NCBI GenBank assembly: GCA_051294375.1
Contig: JBJCIZ010000239.1
Coordinates: 5,367,656-5,431,655, forward strand
DNA length: 64,000 nucleotides
Source of the DNA: Paraspadella gotoi
Taxonomy: Eukaryota; Animalia; Chaetognatha
Direction: 5' to 3'
The notes under the pieces: generated by a model
What the model saw: only the letters and a program-made list of their open reading frames with translations
Database searches by the model: none
What the model was told of the DNA's origin: nothing
Translations under genes and position numbers: made by a program
Part shown: one piece after another, positions 55,331-64,000 of the stretch
How positions within the stretch are numbered: position 1 is the stretch's first letter
How the letters are laid out: each line of letters begins with the position of its first letter

Positions 55331-58300
55331 AATATTTCAAACATAAAACAGGACCAGCCTCTCTCTTACACGTCTGTATTGATTCACTTTCAGTTGAATA
55401 TGAATCGGAACCGTAACACGTGCAAGTCAAAGCGGCGAGGCATAGGAAATTTGTTGGTGCTATCGGACTTAGGACTTAAATTATCAAGTGAGTACGTCGA
55501 TTCCGTTAAAGTAATTCATCATCCTCGATTTTCCAATAGTGGCGCCAAGATTCGGTGCGTTCCGGCAAAGATGCTTAATAACAGCTCAACGCGAGGCTAC
55601 ATCTGGTCCGTCTTGGGTCAGGGACATCAGAGCCCCTAATTACGGCGAGCTGATGTATGAGGCAGGGGGAATAGTGGAAAATGAGACTTCCGAGACTGGG
55701 TGGATATAAAGAATCCGCCAAATCCTGCACAGCTTGTAGAAGGTTCTGGGGATTTGGACGATAAAGAAATGGAATGAACCAATCACAGAATCCGGAAGTC
55801 AAGCTTTTATGATACGAATTACGAGAATTCTATCTTGCAGAGAAAAATCAAGATTTTGTCATCGGACGTGAAACGAAAGGTCAAATGAAGGTCAATCTGC
55901 GTAAATCTAAATTATAATCTGACAATAAATTTTTTTAATTAGGAAAATTATCATATACTCCACGTTTCACGGAAATATAATAAATTCTAATTAATAATTG
56001 GATAGGATCTCAAAACTTTCGAGACATGCGAGCACTTCCACACCTTCACAAAGCCTCGGTTATCATCCCGCCAACCACTTGGGAATCGAGATAGGGCTAA
56101 CACAACAATCGGAACTCTCTCTCCCATCGCTTTCATCGGGCGATCATCGGGATCTCCATCGCCACCCTCGGATCCGCCTCTCTCTCTCTCGTTTCCTCTC
56201 CTCTCTCCCATTCTCTTCTCTCCTCTGTCTCAGTCTCTGAAGGACTCTCTCTCTCGTCTTCTCTCTCTCTCGACGGTCTCTCTTCTCGTCTCTCTCACCT
56301 GCTGAATCCGCGTTTTCTCGCAGTCCTGCTCAGGAGGGACTCTCCTCTCTCACCGTAGTACGGGTAAAGAATCAGAAGTTCTCCAGCTCGATAGCGAAAG
56401 AAAAGAAAAAAGTCACGACCTCGGAGGATCTCATCTCAGGTCGAGAATCTCGAGGACGGACTCTCGATTCTGGTTCGGCACAAGAGAATTCTATAACGGT
56501 AAGACGAGTATATATTCAGATCAGGTGGGTAGTGTAGAGCACATTGGAATGGAGAACAACGCACACGAAAGGAGATCCGAACGGCATGACGATACCGGGA
56601 AAGAGAAAAGGCAAGACGAACGAAGACGACGATGAAGACGGTTCAACCAGAGAAAGGAAACCACTGGTGGCCCACAATTGATAAGCCAGACCCAATGGAC
56701 ACTCTCCAGTTTTCGACGAACCGCCGACGATAAATCACGACGACGGAGGACGACACTTGAAATTGCGCTGACCGAATGTGAAGGGACGTCTTACGGAATT
56801 GCGGCCTTTTATTTGAGTGCAAATGTGAAGAGTTAAAAGAAATCCGGAGTCAACCAAAAACCGGATTGAACCGCTCCCGATCAGATTGCGTCCTCGCTAC
56901 TTACCATACATAAACGCGTCGACGACTGTTGGAGACGACGGACGACGAATACAACAGCTTTCAATGGATAATATTTTTTTTATTGTCGCAACAGCAACGG
57001 ACGACGACGACTTGTCCGTCGCATATCCTCGCCTTTGGAGCATTTGAGGTAGCGCCTGTGACCGCACTGTAGTACGAAAATCCAGTAATTGCGAGATCAT
57101 CTTGAGTATGTTTTTGAAAATAATTCGTTCGTTTCGCTCCGCTTATTTTAGAGTATTAGTGCATCCGCAATATCAAGAGATAACAGTTCGTTGAATGTGT
57201 CCCGTCCTGATTGACGTCAAAGATGTGAACATTAGGCCATGGTCCTAATCGAGTTGTTACGTAGTCGAATAACGTCGCGGCGACGTATGAACGTGGGGAA
57301 TGACGTTCGTATGCATTATTGCTTTGTTATATCCGATCTCACTTCTAGCTTCTGAACGCGGAGATACGGCTCTGTCGGGAAAAAACCATCAAAGACGTGG
57401 GGAGTCTAGTCACTCGAAGTTTCAGCAACGTGAGACGGACGCGGATCATCGGTTTAATCGGCTCGATTTTTGCTCCGTGGGGCTTCTTTTGAGCGGAGAG
57501 AAAGTTGTTTAATAGCAGATAAGAAAGATCTTTAGATATTAGATTGCCAGAGTTGAAATGCAATCCGGCGGTCCCTGTTGGGAGGTAGTCCAAGGACGAA
57601 CGAATATACGTGCACAACTGTCCAGGCAGGGGAAAAGACGGCCGAGAATATTTGAAGACCGAGCAGAATCCCGACCGACTGGAACAACGTTCTACGACGT
57701 ACGACGACCCATCTACCACATGACTCTCTTTACGACAATTTCCCATCCTCCATTCACCAAATTTCCAAATTCCAAACAAGAGAATGTCGTCTCTGTCTCC
57801 TGTCGCTTCCTGGTCCGTCCGCATGCCTTCTCCGGACTTTTGAGCAGTCAACCTCATCAACTTCTGCGCCGGAGATGATCGCCATTATCTCTGGCGCTCG
57901 CCCGCCCATTGATGATCGTATAGACCTGCCACTTATCCTGATTTTTTCGATCCGGTCGGAATGAATCATCCACGTGACTCTCGCAAATTGAGTTTCAGTT
58001 CAGATTCACATTCACATTCCAGATTCAGATTTTATTTTTAAGACTCGTCTCTACCGCTTTTTTCTTTTTTTTTCTCTTTTTCTTTTTTCTTTGCCTCTTT
58101 TTTTTTTTTTTTTTTTTTTTTGTCATCCGAGGTCCAGGTCTCACGATAATTCTCTTTCAACTTCCCTGTTCGGACGGGATTGACGCCGGGTGATTTGGAC
58201 GGCGGTCCGTTCGGATGCCGTCGCGTCGCGTCGCCGCCGAGAAGGAGACCAGAGCCGTGGCCGGAAATTGGATCCAGAGGAATTTCGGTTCCTTTTGTCG

Positions 58301-59174
58301 GGTACGAAATCTTGGACGCAGGTTGCACTCATTGGTACAATATAAGGTGTACCAACCGCAAATTCCGGTTGCCCGCCGCCACAACAAAAGGGTACTCTCA
58401 CTTAATTTGGGACTTTGTTATGAGAAATTATGATTAAGAAAACCTCCACAGCATTATTTTACTTTTCTTAATATCGGATATAAACCGAACTAACTGGTAT
58501 TTATTGAATTGTCGCTGCACGAGTTTTTTATCTATATAAACCTTCTTTCCACACCATTTCCTTAACCGGGGTAATATATATGAATAATGAGTTAATGTAT
58601 AAAAAATTCTGGTTGTTGTCCAATCTAAAAAGTAATGAAACATTTTAATTTTTAACACATAAAAAAAACAAATTGAACATTCGAATCTTAAAAAACAAAC
58701 ACAAACACACGCAAAAAAAAACTAAATCATACACAGTGAAGTGTATATCGAAGCGCGGTACTCCAGCTAACGATCCCCGGCGACGACGAAATACAAAAGA
58801 TTACCGACGCCGGTTTCCGACGAAGCGCATAAAACAATCCCCAGAAACCGAACGCCGGTTCTTATTCTATTGACAGACGCCGCCAAAAAAAGAAACAGAA
58901 ACACATCGGGTCCGTCTTTAATATACCCTTTCGGGAGGCGACTATCCAATAGAATCAGGGACTCCTCGAATATTGAGAGGACAGAGTGTGGAGAAAAATC
59001 TGAGCGCACGTCCGAGGATTTTGGCTGTCGTATCCGCGCCGTTTTAAAAACTTGAAACAGACGTTCCGCCTTTTGCGTCTGGAGTGCCACGGTGTGCGTC
59101 ACAATTTGATTTTGCACTGACACAAAGAAAACGGTGTTGACCCGCCGGGACAGGCAGCCCAGCGGGGGAAGAAG

Positions 59175-59544
59175 GGCTTCGTTATCCCAAAAGCCTCCAT
59201 TCTGTTTCCTTTTGAATTATTTTCTGTTTTAAGTAAGTTTTAAGTGACCTAAAATATTATAATATAAATTTTTAATAAACTAAATTAACTTCCTACCAAT
59301 CCTTCTTCAAAGCGCCTTAATCTAATCCTTAACCTTAACCCTAGACCCATAATCCTTTATCTTAAACCTTACACTAATATAATAGGTACCCTAATCCACT
59401 AAAATTATACCTTAACACTAATTAGTGGTTAAGAATAATTCACTCTTACTAATTTATTATCTTAACTTTAAACCTAATTTTTAAACCCCTAAAACTAATT
59501 TGATTCAAAATTTAAGATAAAATGGGCGCTCTGGGACTAAGGCC
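59175..59544. mobile_element. MITE-like family B copy
   Basis: Left ggcttcgttatcccaaaagcctccatt; right aagataaaatgggcgctctgggactaaggcc (aagataaaatggg shared with 47470); interior ccttaaccttaaccctag. Confidence 0.65.
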
Positions 59545-61939
59545 AAAAGAGGAGGATGGAGAGAGAGAGAAGATGGAGAGAAAGAGTATTAGGAACGGGA
59601 GGAGGGGCCCGAATGTGAGGATGGAGAAAAGTAAGAAAACGATGGAGAATGCTGAACTAGATTGATGGCGAAAGAGAGGTTTGATTCGTAAGTTGATTAG
59701 GGATAAGAAAAGAATTTGTGGATCTCGTAATAGGGAATAGAAACGGGTAGTGAACGAACTGCTTGGATAGAGTGCAGCTGTCTGAAGGGTGATTCGGTTT
59801 GGTATCGATTAAACGAGGATCAGGACACTCTTATCACTCTTTTCCGGACGTGTCAACGGTGCGCTCAACCCGTTGTGGGTTGTCCCGTTTTTTGAAACCG
59901 GAAACATGACCTCCTTTAAAGTAAAGCCTGAGAAGGCGGGCCGTTTGCGGTGCGGTGGCGGCGAGCTGCGGCTTCCCTTTCATTCGTTTTCCAATTGAAT
60001 CGCTTCGCCAATTGGAATCCAATCATGGTCATACCTCTTTTCCCTATGCTCGCGAACGATTCGTCGGCCGCCGCGCCGCGCGCCATCGCCGCCATCGCCC
60101 ACGCGGGCTCAGGTGCCAATCCTCGTTATTGCATTTTACTGTCAGAAATCCTTTCTCCATAGCACAGTTCCGGTTGTTTAAGAGAGATCGTTCAGTGATT
60201 GTCTAGGTGATTTTGTTCGAATCACTCTCTCAGGAGAGAACGGTGGTACTCGTCGGGTCACGTGATTGAGTCGAGGCGGATCGTTGAGTGGGAATCGGAT
60301 TTCGAATCGGGAGGTGAAGAGGACGGAGCGTGAATGCAGATGGAGGCTTTGTGAAAGTCAAAAAAGGGAATAAGGTTTCTCCCCAAAATACACTGAAAAG
60401 TAGTCAAAAGAGACACTTAGGATTTAAATAAAATTGTTATCATGGCTTTCCATGTTTTGTAAGATTTGCGAGTGCGAGGATGAGTTTCAACTGTTGTGTC
60501 AGTTGTTGTTGTGCTAAACGCGGGGAGGAGAACGGATTATTATAAAGAGTCTTGTTTTGGCGGTTAATGTTTTCTCACTCCTCGTTCGGCTTCCAACTCG
60601 CCTCTGTCCGGCAAATCCGTGACTCTCTCTCTCTCTCCTCATTCTCGTCCAATCCAGTCTCTCTCGTTCGTCTCTCGTCTCTTCTCTCCTCGGCCATCTG
60701 GTTTAAATTTTCGTCAGTCGATCCGATATCGTTTATAACAATCCGTCGCCATCGACGATCCGTCGAAACTCTCGTGACCGTTTAAATCCGTCGTCGTCGT
60801 CCGTCTGTCAATCAAATTCCGGTGCTTCTTCTCTCGTTCAAAATCGTGTGTTTTCCCCCAAATCTGGAGTCGAGCTAATCGATTGACACCTGAGAAACGA
60901 GACGCAGGCAATCGCCGCGAAACCCAAACAAAGAACGCTCCGTGGATTCACATTCTCCACCTCAGGGCAAATCCCGATAGACGAGTACCAATAGAACAAA
61001 GGCCTATGACTCGCCGTCACACCTCCGTATCGTTGGACCGAAACTCTCTCTTCTCCTTTCTATTCTCTGTCTCCTTATTTCGTGTATCGACGAGACCTTG
61101 ACGAATTTCTTCCCTTGATGTTTTTCTCCTTTTTCGCTCTTGCTTCGATTTTTTTTTTTCTTTCTTTCTTTTTATTTTAACATTATCTTTCGATTTTTCT
61201 CCGCTTCCAAAAAACCAGGAATGTCGCTTTCCCGGCCATCCACAGCCGTCTTATCCTTATTCTTTTTTTTTAAAAAAAAATAGATATTCGTCAAACCCAC
61301 GGGGGAGACTCGACGACAGATCCTCCGTTTGTCTTTAACTCTCTCTCGCAACCGAACTCTAGTCCACGTCGATCCGCTTCTCGAAGGTGCCACCAGCCTT
61401 TTTGTCACGGTCTCCCGATCGTTACGAACTACGCAGAGGAAAAGACGTTATTATTTGTGGTTTTAACCGCTCACAGTGACCAAAATCGATGAAGTCACCG
61501 TCGAACGAAACGACAAAAAAAAAAAAACAATGAAAAATATTCAGTTTTTTTAAACAACAAGTGTTTTTTTTTGACAAGTTATATCGTCGCAATTCGGGTT
61601 ATTATTTTGTCTCGAAAAAAAAAGAACCAACAAAGCAACAGAAGGCGCGATGGCGTTTCTTTCTCTCACTTTGTTTTTAGGGGAAGTTATAAAAAAACTA
61701 AAGGTTTTTAAATTCTTCGCCTTTGGTGTTTGAAGAGCGAAAATTAAGAAAAAAAAAAAGAAAACAAAAGAATTGTGAAACGGGCAAAACTAATATTTTT
61801 TTTCTTCCTTTCCATTGATTGGGGATTAAAACCTATACCATCGTGCCGTCCCTTATAAAAAACCTCTTTTACTTTTTCTAAACACTTGGGGCTTCCCCCC
61901 CATTCCGCCCCCTCTCCAGCCACCTCTTCCTTTTTAAAG

Positions 61940-62218
61940 TTAATACAAGAGTCTAATCTCGCTCCCGCTGGTATCGATAGGGAAAATTCCAGCAACGGCG
62001 CGTCGACTTTGGGCGGATTAGAAAAAAAATATTTAAAAAAAGAAAAAAACATCAAAAATGACGATGGCGAGGGATTTTTTTTCCCGCGACCTTTCGAAAC
62101 GAGACGGAAGTTGGGCACATTTGAGAGGGGCTTCCGGCCCGGAAGAGGGGCCTTTCCGCGCGGAAATGGGCGTGGCATCGGCTGTGAATCGATGGAGGAT
62201 TTTTTCCAATGGATGCAG
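61940..62218 (+). CDS. Exon candidate (LIQESNLAPAGIDRENSSNGAS...GRGIGCESMEDFFQWMQ), phase 0-0
   Basis: cctcttcctttttaaAG acceptor, CAG|gtaaaa donor, 279 nt open; lies in suspected gap-fill sequence. Confidence 0.35.
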
Positions 62219-63614
62219 GTAAAACTAATCCGACAAATGGTTTGACGATGAAAACTATTTTAAAGATATTTAATTAAAATAATAATACATAACCTGGACT
62301 AGAGAATCAATAGACGTGATAATTAATTTTCACCAGTTTCATTTTACAATTTACATTTTTTTTGTTTATCCTCCGCAAAAAAAAGGTTCTAAGCCAACCC
62401 TGCGGCGTGAACGGTCGTTTCTCTCCGCGGGTAGGCCGGGCGTGATTTTTGATGTCGGCAAAACCCGGCACCCGGATCTCACACCTCTTCCTCCCTCTCC
62501 TCCTCTTCCCCTCCTCCTCCTCTCTTTCGGCCTACTTCTTCTCCTCCATGCAAGGTGGGGTTTTTTTTTTTTTGACAAATGCTTTACCCCGGTCTGGGTC
62601 GTTTACCAACGAGGAGAAATGGGCGGCGAAAAAGATAGGAAGGGGTTGCCGCGGATCCGGGGTAATAATGGATGACCGATATGACCCTTTTTTTGTGTGT
62701 GAGAGACAGGAGAGAGAGAGAGAGACCGAGGAGAGGACAGAAGAGAGACGAGAGAGAGAGAGAGAGAGACGAGACGGAGAGAGAGAGAGAGAGAGAGAGA
62801 GATGTTTTTTTTTTTTCAAAAATGGTACGAATCGGGATGGAATATAGGCTATACCTATAACTTGAGTAAAACCAAAAAAATATGTAATTCTTTCGATAGT
62901 TGTTCGTTCATACATTTCAAAAAAGCCTAAAAGTCATAAAACATTATTACAACTTAATAGGAGAGAAGCTTCCGTACTTCTGGAAGTCAATACTGGACAA
63001 TTGATTGAAAGACAAGGGCAACAAATTTTTGAACGAATAGATATAATTAATGAGACAAACTTTAAATGCATATTACAACGATGTTCTTTTTTAATTTTCT
63101 TTAAAAAACGCCAGAAACGGAATTGCGCGTAGAGGAGCGACGTGTCTCGGAACCTTCGATAACAAATTCGATTAGCAAAACAAATGGACATTCGATATTA
63201 CGGACACTTTTGAGTCTATTGAAGATTGTGACCGAAAAAATTGAAGAAAATTAAACGGTATGCTGCGTATTAAATTAAAAAGTTGCTTTCAACCGCCTTT
63301 AATTCGCGTAGGTCGGTTTCAAATTTCGCAAACTTACAGGTCGTTTATTTTAAAAAATTGTTAAAGTAAAAGACTTTGAAAATCGTTAAATAATAATTTC
63401 ACTGTGCGGCGCGACAACAAAGATTTTAAGAAGTGTCTGGCAAAAGTAAACGATACGCGTCATAAGTTTTTTTTTCTGATTTTTTATTTTTTTTAATTTA
63501 TTTTTTCATTTTTTTTACGATTATCAACGACTTTGTTTCAACACCCACNNNNNNNNNNNNNNNNNNNNNNNNNTCTCTCTCTCTCTTTCTCCCACTCCCA
63601 CTCCCCTCCGCCAG

Positions 63615-64000
63615 GCGCTACCATCAGGCGAATCTTCAACTTTGACCTTTGACCCCTCGGGATTCGCGGACTCTCGACGCTCCTACGACCCATCAAACTC
63701 GAATAACTCCCCTCTTCGCTCCAGCGACCATTCCATCGACGACCCTTTGACTGGTCGCTCCAACCTTTATTCAATCAGTCGCGGAAGGAAATTATGTTCG
63801 GACTTAGACTACGATCACTCTGCCAATCAATCTACCAATCACGGCTCCATCAATCACTCCTCAGACAATCACTCACCGGAAGAGGCGACTCGCCCATCGG
63901 TGAAGGACGAACGGAGTCCGAGAGGACGAGAGGAAAGAAAAGAAAGGGAGGAAAGAAAAGAAAGAGACGGAGGAAAGGGAGAATCGGGACAAGGAGAAGA
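63615..64000 (+). CDS. Coding exon candidate running off the window (ALPSGESSTLTFDPSGFADSRRSYDPSNSNNSPLRSSDHSIDDPLTGRSNLYSISRGRKLCSDLDYDHS...), Ser/Asp-rich, unknown protein
   Basis: Long pyrimidine tract plus ccgccAG; 128 codons without a stop, translated by hand; phase 0 matches the 52703 donor; missing from the ORF track. Confidence 0.65.

Noticed and set aside
55400-58030. High-complexity CpG-rich stretch as viral or transposon coding DNA
   Set aside because: Only short ORFs and no RT, integrase or transposase motifs. It follows a visibly corrupted exon copy, so it is probably low-quality read sequence.

Overview
This is eukaryotic, AT-rich DNA saturated with microsatellites ((CT)n/(GA)n, (GAC)n, (CTTT)n, (CAA)n). 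An arthropod or crustacean origin is my inference from the SSR load and TTAGG-like repeats. It comes from a draft scaffold with six long N gaps and six gaps of exactly 25 N. Most ORFs in the track are simple-repeat translations. A large share of the window is redundant: a ~10 kb unit occurs twice (about 5.2-19.5 kb and 21.2-33.3 kb) with a third partial copy, there are two inverted copies (12.1-14.2 kb and 44.2-46.5 kb), and there is one more direct copy (14.6-16.2 kb vs 36.9-38.3 kb). The copies differ mainly by small indels, which points to noisy long-read gap filling rather than biology. Four kinds of signal look real. (1) A phase-compatible plus-strand spliced gene fragment (48467-48548, 52294-52703, 63615 to the window end) and a second exon pair (32190-32325, 32635-32790), neither assignable to a family. 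(2) A ~250-370 bp MITE-like family with ~28 bp GGC...GCC terminal inverted repeats around telomere-like CCTAA/CCCTAA repeats, at five or more loci. (3) A ~225 bp dispersed, possibly tRNA-derived repeat at about seven loci. (4) Several minisatellites and a minus-strand exon-like unit with three stacked GTRAGT donors. I found no rRNA, tRNA, CRISPR array or recognisable transposase/RT, and no convincing novel multi-gene system. All alignments and coordinates were done by eye.
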